Below are positions 47,993-57,757 of a stretch of DNA of 64,000 nt, in pieces. The first letter of the stretch is position 1; each line of letters begins with the position of its first letter. The position numbers and the translations under genes are program-made. The stretch covers positions 30,709 to 94,708 of the forward strand of contig JABCTC010000009.1 in the NCBI GenBank assembly GCA_018238545.1. Direction: 5' to 3'. The notes under the pieces were generated by a model. The model saw only the letters and a program-made list of their open reading frames with translations. It ran no database searches and had not been told where the DNA came from. Source of the DNA: Candidatus Heimdallarchaeota archaeon. GTDB lineage: Archaea > Asgardarchaeota > Heimdallarchaeia > Heimdallarchaeales > Heimdallarchaeaceae.

Positions 47993-50080
47993 TTAAGGAA
48001 TTGATTTTTGTTCAAAGATTTCATTGACAATTTTACTAATCTGAGAAAACTCTGCTTCATTGATAGGTTTGTTAGTTTTTCTTATACTTAGAAGAGAATT
48101 CCACAGCTGTATGTTAGAGTTTAATGTAAATAGGGTTAAGCTCAATTTATTTTGAGCAAAGAAAGATCTTCCTTTGAAAATATAGCAGAAAAATAAACCT
48201 TCCTGTGATTTTATCAATAGAGTATAATCTTGATGTTTAATCCTCTCAATGTGTCCACTCGACTTGAAAGTTTCTTTCATGAATGTGTTAATCGCTGTGA
48301 GAAATCCACTAAGGAGAGTTTCATCATATCTTGATTTCGATAAAAATCTTTTAGTAAAAAGATTCAAACCATTTTCATCTAAAATAAGCAAAAGAATGGG
48401 TTCTTCTTGTTCCAATTCTTGAATATCGAAAATACCTTTCTTATCCATTTTATTTACTATACTCTCTATTTTTACAAGTTCCATCCTTTCTTTTATGGAA
48501 AGACCTTTAGAACTATATTCCTCCCATTTTTCAAATTGTTCTAGCAAAGAATCATGTTCGTTTGAAATTGTTATTGCCAATTTAAGAAGCCCTTTCTCTT
48601 CAGCAAGAAGTTGAGCTTGAATCAGTAGTGCCTTTGCTTGATTAATGTCAAAATTAATTACGGCTAATTTAGATTTTAACAAATAAGATTGAACTAATAA
48701 ATAGTATGAATTATTCACTTTTGCAAGTGATAATAATTTATCTGACAGTTCTTCTACCTCGGTTAATACACTCGATTCACCTGTAGTTTTCAGTTCGAAT
48801 AGAAGTAGTTCTGTCAGATAGATCATTGCATTCATAGTAATAGAATACCGTATAACTTTCTCATTGATTATCTGCTCGAATATCATCTGAGCTTTGAATT
48901 TGTCCTTTAATCTGTTACTTGAAAATAATACTCGGCCCCTTACGACATTGAAAAGCTGCTTAATCCTTAAACTGTCACTGTTTGTACTTATTCCTTCAAA
49001 TATTGTTAAATACTCTTTAGCTTTGCTTATTGAACCACGATCAATGCAGGTAGAGATTAGAACATAAAGAGAAAGAGATATTGAAATGCTATCCTTAGAT
49101 TCTTTGATGACTTCATAACTTTGGCTGCAGTAACTCATAGCTTTGTTGAAATCGCCCATATCACGATAGATACTACCTATATTACATAATCCGGAGGCTA
49201 TGGTATTAGGATTGCCAATTTCCTTTCTTATTTCAAAACACTGAAGATAGAACTCTAATGCTTTTTCAAGGTCACCACGTTCATGGTAAACACCGCCCAT
49301 ATTACAACGGATGTTAGCCATATCTGCATTAATTCCTAATTCTTCCTTTATAACCAAGCTTCTTTCTAGATTGTGAAGAGCTAAATCATATTCACCTTGA
49401 TACATATATGTTAGGCCAATATTATTTAGAGCTTTGGCGATATCGAATTTATTTTCACACTCCTCATTAAGTTTAAGCCATTCTTGAAAATAATCCAAAG
49501 CACTGTTAATATCTCCTTCTTTAAAGAAAACTGAACCTAGCATATTTAGAGATGTAGATGAAAGATGCTTGAAGTCTGATTTTCCACTAATTTCTAAACA
49601 TTGAATTAAGAACTCTTTTGCTTCTTTTATCTTTCCACTAAAATTTGCATACCATCCGTTAAGAAATTGTAAGGTTGCCTCTCTTAATTGTAACTCTCTA
49701 GAGGATAGTGTGGAAATAACTGTGGTTTTTTCGCCTAATTGTTCGATTAAGAAATTAACCATTTCATAATTCCCAAGATTACGATAAGCTTCAGCAAGAG
49801 AGAGATTTGAATCATATAATAGAAAAGCATCGCTTAATTTAGTACTTTTCTCAACGGCTAATTGAGCTGACTGTAAAGCATCGCGGTATCTCCCAAGTTT
49901 TCCTAAAACAAAGCAATATGTTATGATCCAAGAGACTTTGTTGTGTTCATTCTCTGCTTCATCTAGCTTCGCCTCTGTTAAGGACAATGCTTGTTGATAA
50001 TCACCAACGCACAACATGCTTTCAATTATTTCGAATTTTTTTTCACCGCTGAAGAACAAAGTAATACCTCCATTGTTCAT
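47993..50080 (-). CDS. TPR-repeat protein with C-terminal longin-like domain
   Basis: Several 40-aa TPRs (ALNNIGLTY..GEYDLAL); tail LLILDENGLNLF..LLSGFLTAINTF..FCYIFKG. Confidence 0.9.
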   Translation of the reverse strand: MNNGGITLFFSGEKKFEIIESMLCVGDYQQALSLTEAKLDEAENEHNKVSWIITYCFVLGKLGRYRDALQSAQLAVEKSTKLSDAFLLYDSNLSLAEAYRNLGNYEMVNFLIEQLGEKTTVISTLSSRELQLREATLQFLNGWYANFSGKIKEAKEFLIQCLEISGKSDFKHLSSTSLNMLGSVFFKEGDINSALDYFQEWLKLNEECENKFDIAKALNNIGLTYMYQGEYDLALHNLERSLVIKEELGINADMANIRCNMGGVYHERGDLEKALEFYLQCFEIRKEIGNPNTIASGLCNIGSIYRDMGDFNKAMSYCSQSYEVIKESKDSISISLSLYVLISTCIDRGSISKAKEYLTIFEGISTNSDSLRIKQLFNVVRGRVLFSSNRLKDKFKAQMIFEQIINEKVIRYSITMNAMIYLTELLLFELKTTGESSVLTEVEELSDKLLSLAKVNNSYYLLVQSYLLKSKLAVINFDINQAKALLIQAQLLAEEKGLLKLAITISNEHDSLLEQFEKWEEYSSKGLSIKERMELVKIESIVNKMDKKGIFDIQELEQEEPILLLILDENGLNLFTKRFLSKSRYDETLLSGFLTAINTFMKETFKSSGHIERIKHQDYTLLIKSQEGLFFCYIFKGRSFFAQNKLSLTLFTLNSNIQLWNSLLSIRKTNKPINEAEFSQISKIVNEIFEQKSIP

Positions 50081-50297
50081 CCAAATATGTTTAGCAATTA
50101 TCGTACTATTAATATTGATTAATATAAAATATGTGATAATACTAAACCATTAAACAACATGTTAGATGGCAAAAAACAAATGAATAGTAAATTAAATTAT
50201 TTTTCTCGCAAACACTAAGATTATTAATAGATTTTATTGCTCGGAAGTAAGTATTGTTAACATTATAAGTGTATAAAGAATTTCCAAAGTGAGATAG

Positions 50298-51941
50298 ATG
50301 CAAAACGAGAATAGCTTGAAGTATCCAATAAAGAAGTATACTAAATTAATTTACTTGAGTGCAATAATCCTAATAGCTGGAGGAATATTAAATTTCGTAG
50401 ATAAATATTTTATCGGATGGTCCTATAGGATAGAACTCATTGGGTTCTTAATTTTCGGTTTAGTGACCATTGGTTTGATCCCGCTAGCAATTTCATTACG
50501 AGAGATAACAGACATCTACTTTGTTGATCATGTCACAAAAGAAGGTAAAGAGACAGCAATGTGGTTATTTGTTTATGGTGCTTCTGTAGCGGTTAATCTA
50601 GTTATGTATGGATGGTTTGTCACTGCAATAATCGCAGGTTTTTTCATAATATTTGGAAGAGTTATAGGTTTCATCAAGCTTAACAAACTTCTCACTCGAA
50701 TTAAGCTGTTATTTGGTATTAAAATAGGCAGTGGGTTTTACGTTATTTTCGGTTATTTTTCTATTATAGTAGCATCACTAGCCACTATAGCTAACTGGGC
50801 GGACGATGTTGTCTTTAGTTATTTCCTATTTGCTCTGAATGGAATAATTGAGTCCATATTGATAATAATTGTAGCTGTAAAATTAATTATAGATTTCACA
50901 AGAATTCAAAAATTTATTCTTGTTGAAGACATCAAACCATATTCTGCAAAAAGTTCTCTTTTCGAGAGAGATAGAAGGGAACACGTTGAATTATCAACAA
51001 CCAAAGAACATGTTCAAACACAAGTTAAGATTGCTCAATTACAGGAAAGAACAAGGGATGTTCCTTCTGTGGTAGCTAAGAAGAAAGCAAAGCAGCACAT
51101 AACTGTTAAAAAAATTGAGAAAAAAGATTTGTTTGATCAATACATCTTCTGTCCTCATTGCAATGAGAGAACAGATAAGAACCTGGGATTATGTACAAAT
51201 TGTGGTGTCGTTCTTTCAAAGAAAGAAATAAAAGAAATTGAAGAAAAAAGTCGTCCTGTGGCAGACGTAGGGCAAAAGAGTAGAAGAGTTCTTTCGACAA
51301 AGAAGGAGAAATATTTACAGCAACTTGTGATAGCTATTTTTCTCATAGTATTCGTAACTTATTCCTTTATAACTGAAGATGCAGTTTTAATCACTTATTC
51401 ATGGATAATCATTGCAATATTTGTGACTTATTTGATTATAAATTATATCGTGCTATTCCTTGTTGGAAGTGGTTTTGCTATACTCACAGCAATAACTGAT
51501 ATACTTTTCATGTTTGTAATCCTACCCATATTATCAGCAATGTTTTCTTACTTTGCGCTAACATCAATTGGAAACACATTAGATGATGGTATTTCATATC
51601 CAGTTTTTCAAGGATTGATGATAGGTCTAACTCTTACACTATCATTTTTCTTAATATTCCTTGTACTTAGCTTCAAAGTAAAAGAATCAAATATGAACAT
51701 AAGAGAATATCTAAAATTTAGATTCGATTTCAAAGCTAGAGCTGAAGAATCTAATGTTGATAAGACAAGAGTGGAAAAGAAGAGATCCAATTTTGATAAA
51801 TTAGATAAAATAGAGGCTCATATGGTAAAACAAAGAGAAGAACGTATGATGGATTATGAGGACTTTGATTATAAAACAAGACTGAAGGATTTAGGCAGTC
51901 CACTTGACGATATTGAACAAGATAACGAAGATGAAATTTAA
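50298..51941 (+). CDS. Polytopic membrane protein with internal cytoplasmic zinc ribbon
   Basis: About 6 TM, then CPHC..CTNC, then about 4 TM and a charged tail. Confidence 0.8.
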   Translation: MQNENSLKYPIKKYTKLIYLSAIILIAGGILNFVDKYFIGWSYRIELIGFLIFGLVTIGLIPLAISLREITDIYFVDHVTKEGKETAMWLFVYGASVAVNLVMYGWFVTAIIAGFFIIFGRVIGFIKLNKLLTRIKLLFGIKIGSGFYVIFGYFSIIVASLATIANWADDVVFSYFLFALNGIIESILIIIVAVKLIIDFTRIQKFILVEDIKPYSAKSSLFERDRREHVELSTTKEHVQTQVKIAQLQERTRDVPSVVAKKKAKQHITVKKIEKKDLFDQYIFCPHCNERTDKNLGLCTNCGVVLSKKEIKEIEEKSRPVADVGQKSRRVLSTKKEKYLQQLVIAIFLIVFVTYSFITEDAVLITYSWIIIAIFVTYLIINYIVLFLVGSGFAILTAITDILFMFVILPILSAMFSYFALTSIGNTLDDGISYPVFQGLMIGLTLTLSFFLIFLVLSFKVKESNMNIREYLKFRFDFKARAEESNVDKTRVEKKRSNFDKLDKIEAHMVKQREERMMDYEDFDYKTRLKDLGSPLDDIEQDNEDEI

Positions 51942-52004
51942 TTAAATAATTTAAGGAAACGTTTCAAAGATAAGAATATAAACAACCTTAACTCATACCA
52001 GCAA

Positions 52005-52652
52005 ATGCCTAAATTACCTACTCCTCAAAGAGAAGAATATTTCTCTGCATACTCACATACAATAGCTTTTTTTGTTGCAATAATTGGTGCTATTTTTCTA
52101 TTACTAAAAACAATTTCTACTTCGGAAAATTTAGGAGTAATTTTGATTTATTGCTTTGTTTTGTGTTTTCTTTTTGCAGCTAGTGCACTCTATCATACCT
52201 TCAAAAAAGAGGAAAAAGAAGAATCATTTTGGAGAAAGATGGATCATGTTGCAATATTTTATATGATAGCAGGGACATATACGCCTCTTGTTTATATCTA
52301 TTTAGAAGCACCATGGAAATGGATAATCATAGGTTTACAATGGGCTTTTGTATTATTAGGAACAATTCTAAAAGTATTCACAGTCAAATTACCCAGTTGG
52401 CCAGATGCAATAATCTACCTGATCATGGGGTGGATGATAATAATTCAAATAAAACAACTGTTCTTACTTCTTCCTTTGTCATCATTCATTGTATTATTTA
52501 TTGGAGGGATGTCTTACACAATCGGAGCAATTTTCTTTGCGATAAACAAACAAAAACCATTTCCTGGAGTCTTTGTTTTTCATGATATATTTCATGTATT
52601 TATCATAATTGGGGCAGCTTGTCACTATTTTATCATTTATGCTGCAGTTTGA
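52005..52652 (+). CDS. Hemolysin III/PAQR family membrane protein
   Basis: EE..SAYSH, SALYH, DHVAIF..IAGTYTP, HDIFHVF..H. Confidence 0.93.
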   Translation: MPKLPTPQREEYFSAYSHTIAFFVAIIGAIFLLLKTISTSENLGVILIYCFVLCFLFAASALYHTFKKEEKEESFWRKMDHVAIFYMIAGTYTPLVYIYLEAPWKWIIIGLQWAFVLLGTILKVFTVKLPSWPDAIIYLIMGWMIIIQIKQLFLLLPLSSFIVLFIGGMSYTIGAIFFAINKQKPFPGVFVFHDIFHVFIIIGAACHYFIIYAAV

Positions 52653-52705
52653 GATTCCAATAAATAATTTGAAGGAATTTCTTGAATTCTTACTAAATAG
52701 CTTTA

Positions 52706-53716
52706 TTGCGGATACTTCGACTAGGAGTTTGCAAACAGATAAATTCAGCCGAAACAATATATAATTACAAGCGCTCTGTAGGGGAAGTTTTGAGTTTCAA
52801 ATCTGACATCAGACAAAAAGTGGAATATCTCTGCAATAACTGTGGTAAGGGACGAATTTTATTCATTTCACCTGCTTTACAGAGTGATCAAGTTGCAGAA
52901 ACGGGATATCAGGAATATATTGATGTACATTACTGTAATGATGAACACCTAAATGCAATTAGATTATACGTTGATTCGCACTACAATGTCAGATCACAAG
53001 TAACCATTAAAGCATCAAAGAACAAAGAAGAAGCAGAGATCAAAGAACTGGAAGGATTTGCTATCCCTGTTCCTAAAGCATCGAGCTTTGTTCAATATCC
53101 TATAAAATCTACAAATGATTTTGGTTCATATAATTTGAAATCCTTAAGAATCAAGGATAAATTCCGTCAAACTGACTATCTAATAGAAGGATCAAAAGAA
53201 GGGGAGAAAATAGAATCATTTTCAGAATTGGAGTTTATAGAAATTGAGGCTAATATTTCGGGTGATTTGGAATCAGAACAAGTTAAGGTATGGTTAACCA
53301 GTTTGGCAAATTCCTTAGAAACATTAGTTCTTCTAGATGAAGATCTTCTCAAGTATATTGGAACATATCTAGATCAGATAATATCCGAAAAACCCAAAGA
53401 TAAAGAGATGTTAGAATTAGATTTACTCCTAAACTCAACCATTTCTATACCCCACACTAATCAATCACATATTGATATCTTTGAAAAACACAAAAATGAA
53501 ATTTTCTATGAACTATCAAATATGGCTTATAGAATCCACAAACGTATTCTCAATGCTTGTTTGGCAAATGAACAAAAAACAATAAAGCAAATTTATAATG
53601 AGGTAAAGAAAGACATGATACAAGTGCAAGCTTTTCCATTTTTCTTATCTGTACTTAGTACGCTTGTGACTTTTGGATTCATCAATCTAGAAAAACTGGA
53701 GTTTTACACTGTTTAA
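52706..53716 (+). CDS. Hypothetical protein with N-terminal Cys/His metal-binding module
   Basis: CNNC...HYCNDEH; C-terminal winged-helix-like end; start uncertain (possibly TTG near 52790). Confidence 0.7.
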   Translation: MRILRLGVCKQINSAETIYNYKRSVGEVLSFKSDIRQKVEYLCNNCGKGRILFISPALQSDQVAETGYQEYIDVHYCNDEHLNAIRLYVDSHYNVRSQVTIKASKNKEEAEIKELEGFAIPVPKASSFVQYPIKSTNDFGSYNLKSLRIKDKFRQTDYLIEGSKEGEKIESFSELEFIEIEANISGDLESEQVKVWLTSLANSLETLVLLDEDLLKYIGTYLDQIISEKPKDKEMLELDLLLNSTISIPHTNQSHIDIFEKHKNEIFYELSNMAYRIHKRILNACLANEQKTIKQIYNEVKKDMIQVQAFPFFLSVLSTLVTFGFINLEKLEFYTV

Positions 53717-53857
53717 TGAACTAAGGCATTTTATTTAAAGAAACCAATATTAAACAAGATTTTTCCAATCTTCCTTTTAAATCTTCTACCGACAATATAT
53801 ATATGGAGACGTTTTATTGATATTTAGATTTCATAATCACACATTGAGAGTGGAAGC

Positions 53858-54169
53858 TTGAGTAATAACCAAACACCAAATAATGGCGCATGGGAAGCAT
53901 TACAGAACATAGCTAGAAAAGAGAAAGAAGAAGCTTTGAAGAAATATACAATTATCTCTGAGCTGATAACTGAATTTGGGGAGGAAATCCCAAAAGATAA
54001 GGTTCTAAGCTATCTAGGTTTCAAATCTATTGATGAGATGATTGACTGGGAATTAGATTGGTTACCCAGAAGAGAACTTAACGTCAAATTTGAATATCAA
54101 GAAAAAAAGATAAAAATAATCAAAGATGCCTTCGAAGATGAAGATTTAAGCATTTACGAATTCTTCTAA
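53858..54169 (+). CDS. Small hypothetical protein (winged-helix-like)
   Basis: 103-aa ORF, TTG start after a purine-rich RBS-like stretch. Confidence 0.6.
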   Translation: MSNNQTPNNGAWEALQNIARKEKEEALKKYTIISELITEFGEEIPKDKVLSYLGFKSIDEMIDWELDWLPRRELNVKFEYQEKKIKIIKDAFEDEDLSIYEFF

Positions 54170-55264
54170 CCCTTCTTCTAACCTTTGAAGACCCTCTAAT
54201 AGGTATTCTTTCTCTGAACCTATACCTAGCCTTAGGTAGTTATCCATTCCAAAACAATCCCCAGCAACAATAAGCAGACTCTTTTCTTTTCTTAATCTTT
54301 CAGTGAGGACTGTAGAATTCATATCAAAGTGGTAACGAACAAAAGACATTGCACCAGCTTTTTGTGGAATGAAATCAAATAGATGTTTACGTTTATCCAA
54401 CCAGTTTTGAAAAAGAGAAAGATTTTCGTTTAGCATTTTTCTATTTCGAGAAAGAATCTTTTGTCTTGTGCTTGGTTCTAAAGCCCATGTAGAAATCTGC
54501 TGGCTTAATACTCCAGGAGATATAGAAGTATAATCATGATATAACCAAGATTTTTCTGCAATATCTTCAGGAGCGACAATCCAGCCCATTCTTAATCCAG
54601 GGAGACTATATGCTTTTGATAATCCCCCAACAGCTATTACTTTATCATACTTCCCATAGAAAGAAGTAGTCTCCTTTCCATCAAGCTCTGCTCCTCTATA
54701 AACTTCATCAGATAAGATCCAAGCAGATGATTCATTTGCAATTTCAATTAATTCTTCCATGTTAGATTTAGTCATGATAGAACCAGTAGGATTATTGGGA
54801 TTACAAACTGCAATCATCTTTGTTTTAGGAGTCATTAGGTTCCGAACTTCATCCATGTTAGGTTGCCAATTTAAATCTTCTTTCAAATGAAATGGTTTGA
54901 CATTTACGCCAAAAGATCTTGCTAGCCCCCAGATTTGCATATAATTGGGCAACATAAGCACAAGCTCATCTGTAGGTTTAAGATTACTCCAAATAGAAAC
55001 AAAATTTGCCTCAGCTGAACCATTCGTAGTAAAAACATTTTCTAGGGAAGCATTATTGTAAAGCTTAGAGATAGACTCTCGAAGCTCAATTGAACCATTA
55101 GTTTGGCCATAACCTAATCTCAAATCTAGAAGCTGTTTAACTTGCGAATCGTCTAACAATTCAGAAATCGTGAAAGGATGAATACCACTCTCTGTTAAAT
55201 TATACTCTACAGTATTTTCCCAGAGAGATTGTCTTCTCTCTAATTCAAAGGTATCAATTTTCAT
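54146..55264 (-). CDS. Class I/II PLP aminotransferase
   Basis: NPNNPTG, DEVY, LSKAYSLPGLRMGW. Confidence 0.93.
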   Translation of the reverse strand: MKIDTFELERRQSLWENTVEYNLTESGIHPFTISELLDDSQVKQLLDLRLGYGQTNGSIELRESISKLYNNASLENVFTTNGSAEANFVSIWSNLKPTDELVLMLPNYMQIWGLARSFGVNVKPFHLKEDLNWQPNMDEVRNLMTPKTKMIAVCNPNNPTGSIMTKSNMEELIEIANESSAWILSDEVYRGAELDGKETTSFYGKYDKVIAVGGLSKAYSLPGLRMGWIVAPEDIAEKSWLYHDYTSISPGVLSQQISTWALEPSTRQKILSRNRKMLNENLSLFQNWLDKRKHLFDFIPQKAGAMSFVRYHFDMNSTVLTERLRKEKSLLIVAGDCFGMDNYLRLGIGSEKEYLLEGLQRLEEGLEEFVNA

Positions 55265-55491
55265 CTCAATTTCAAGTTCTACATTTCATTTAAAAATCTT
55301 AGCAGTCCAAAGAAGTACTCACTAATACAATCTTATATGATTCTTATGATTATAATACTGATGACTGGTCGTTTAATTGTTGTAATATTGTTGCAGAAAA
55401 CATTTTACCGATATTTGATGTAGTTTGCAGTTGCTATTATTCACACAACAAAGTAAAAATGAAATGAAAGATAAAATGAAAAAAACAGTAA

Positions 55492-55575
55492 TTTCTTTTT
55501 ATGTCGCTTGTAAAATTGCAAATGGTTTTCATTATTAATTGAAATCAGTACGTTTTATGACGACATGGCAAGAAA
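55492..55575 (+). other. Long imperfect inverted repeat/hairpin just before the Kelch gene RBS
   Basis: TTTCTT/AAGAAA, ATGTCG/CGACAT, TTGTAAAA/TTTTATGA (G-U), TTTCA/TGAAA nested around a TTATTAAT loop. Confidence 0.5.
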
Positions 55576-55587
55576 AAGGTGAAAAAA

Positions 55588-56558
55588 ATGAAAATGAAAA
55601 AAATATTGAGAAAAAAAGTTTTTGTTCCAGCTATTTTTGTTATCACTTTGCTACTAATTGCTACTAATTCTACTGTAAAAGTCTCAGCAGCCAACCCAAC
55701 AAAAAGAGTAGGCCATTGCTCGGTCTATGATTCAGTCAATGACAGAATAATAATGTATGGAGGACAAACAGACGCTACTTACGTGAGTTGGAAAACAGAT
55801 ACGTGGGTTTACGACTTAAATAATAATACGTGGACAATAATGAGCCCAGAATCAGTACCCTACCAAAAGATTACAATCCTTATGGGGGTAATATGGGTTA
55901 CAACGATACTTGGGGTTATGATTATAATACAAATACTTGGACAAATATTACACCCTCAATCTCACCACTAGGAAGATCAAATAGCATTTTAACATATGAC
56001 TCTGAAAGCGATAAGATAGTGCTTTTTGGAGGGTATCACTCTCATACTGTTTCAGCTTATTATGATCCTACGGGGGAAGTATACCAACGAGATACTTGGA
56101 CATATGATTATAACACTAACACTTGGGAAAATGTCACACCATCAACAAGCCCTGATCCTAGAATAGGGACAAATATGGCTTACGACTCGGAAAGCGACAG
56201 AATAATACTCGTTGGAGGATCTACACATCTAGATCCCACTGGAATGGAAGATGAAGTGTGGTCTTTTGATCTTAACAGTGAAATATGGACACAAATGAAT
56301 CCTTCAACTAATGGAAGAAGATCTTTTTCGATAGCTTACGACGCAGAAAGTGACAAAATTGTCGTTTTTGGTGGAACTAATTCAACAACATTGACAAGCT
56401 ATAATGCTGAGACCTGGATGTATGACTTTAATACAGATGAATGGACTTTGATGCCTATTCCAGAGATTACAACTGATACAAATAGTTTCTTCATTCCAAC
56501 ACTAATAGCTACCTCAATAATTGCTGTTGTATTAATAAGAAGAAGAAAGAATAGATAA
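55588..56558 (+). pseudogene. Secreted, C-terminally anchored Kelch-repeat protein interrupted by a frameshifting deletion near 55865 (or assembly error)
   Basis: Signal peptide plus first Kelch blade in one frame; remaining blades (YDSESD.I.LFGG..DTW.YD) and TM-RRRK anchor in another. Confidence 0.8.
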
Positions 56559-56658
56559 AAAACTCTAAATCTTCTTTTTTCCTTTATTTTTTTCAATCCC
56601 ATGTAATCTCATTAAGAAGGGGAAATTCTTTTTAGATAAAACAAGTATATTATTTCTA

Positions 56659-57678
56659 TTGAACAGCAAGGCTACTAGTAGAATAGTTGCATTGTTTCTC
56701 TTTCTTACAGTGTTATTTTTACCTATTAATGACGCTAGTTGTAATTTGAATACTAAAGGAGACACTAAGAAACTAACAATTTCGCCAGCTGATTTTACAA
56801 TAATTCATCAAGTTACTAATATCAGAATTATTGATATTAGTGAGATAATTGTTTTTGAGGATTTTGATATAAGGAACAATAAGAACACTTCAACAACAGA
56901 AATACGGTTCTGGTTAAATCAGACTATTAAGCAAGTTGAAGTAGAAGATGATTCGGGGAATCTAGATTGGAGTGTAACTACAGATTATTATTCAACGAAT
57001 CTTATAATTGTTAATCTTAGAAATAGTTTAGAAGCAGGTCAAATTACAAGTTTTCGTGTGATTTATGTTCTAAACATTGATGTAAAATTAATAGATGATG
57101 GAAATACTAGTTATTATTCTTTTGAATATGAATCCACAAATTCCTACTATACTGAAACTTATGAATTAGTTGTGAGACTTCCAAGATCTTGTTTTATTCA
57201 CATAGAAGATCCTTTTTGTATTTATCCTGATACATTTCCACCTATTGTTTCAGGTGATTATGTTTCTATTACCTGGGTTCTGAAAAATGTTACACTTGCA
57301 TCAAACCAAGCATTTTGGGTTCGTTTTGATCCCTCAGGAAATCCAGTCCCAATATGGGTTTATATTGTAGGTCCTACTTTAGGAGTAACTATAGGAGTTA
57401 TTATTGTTTTCTGGCTGATGAGAAAAAGACAAAAAAAGGCTATGAAAAAGATAGGAAAGATTTTTCTTTCTGAAGATCAAAAATTGCTCTTAAATCTCAT
57501 ACATGAAAATGATGGAAAAATATCTCAACAACAATTAATAAATCTCACAAATTTTACAAAATCTAAAATTTCAAGAAATTTGACACCACTTGAGAATTTT
57601 GGATTAATAGAGAAAGAGAAATGGGGCAGGGAATACCGCGTATTTCTGACAGAAATAGGGAAAAAGATGATAAAATGA
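56659..57678 (+). CDS. Membrane-anchored regulator: extracellular beta-sandwich, single TM, cytoplasmic winged HTH (COG2512-like)
   Basis: Signal peptide; TM WVYIVGPTLGVTIGVIIVFWL; LSEDQK..GKISQQQL..FTKSKISRNLTPLE..GLIEKEKWGR. Confidence 0.85.
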   Translation: MNSKATSRIVALFLFLTVLFLPINDASCNLNTKGDTKKLTISPADFTIIHQVTNIRIIDISEIIVFEDFDIRNNKNTSTTEIRFWLNQTIKQVEVEDDSGNLDWSVTTDYYSTNLIIVNLRNSLEAGQITSFRVIYVLNIDVKLIDDGNTSYYSFEYESTNSYYTETYELVVRLPRSCFIHIEDPFCIYPDTFPPIVSGDYVSITWVLKNVTLASNQAFWVRFDPSGNPVPIWVYIVGPTLGVTIGVIIVFWLMRKRQKKAMKKIGKIFLSEDQKLLLNLIHENDGKISQQQLINLTNFTKSKISRNLTPLENFGLIEKEKWGREYRVFLTEIGKKMIK

Positions 57679-57757
57679 TAAGTTGTAAAAAGTTGCAAAA
57701 AAGTTATATCCAATCTCTCATAAGGAAAAAAATACAAGTAATATATAGGTGGAGAAA

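Noticed and set aside
55860-55870. Programmed ribosomal frameshift in the Kelch gene
   Set aside because: Part of a blade is missing, so recoding would not restore the repeat; no canonical slippery heptamer
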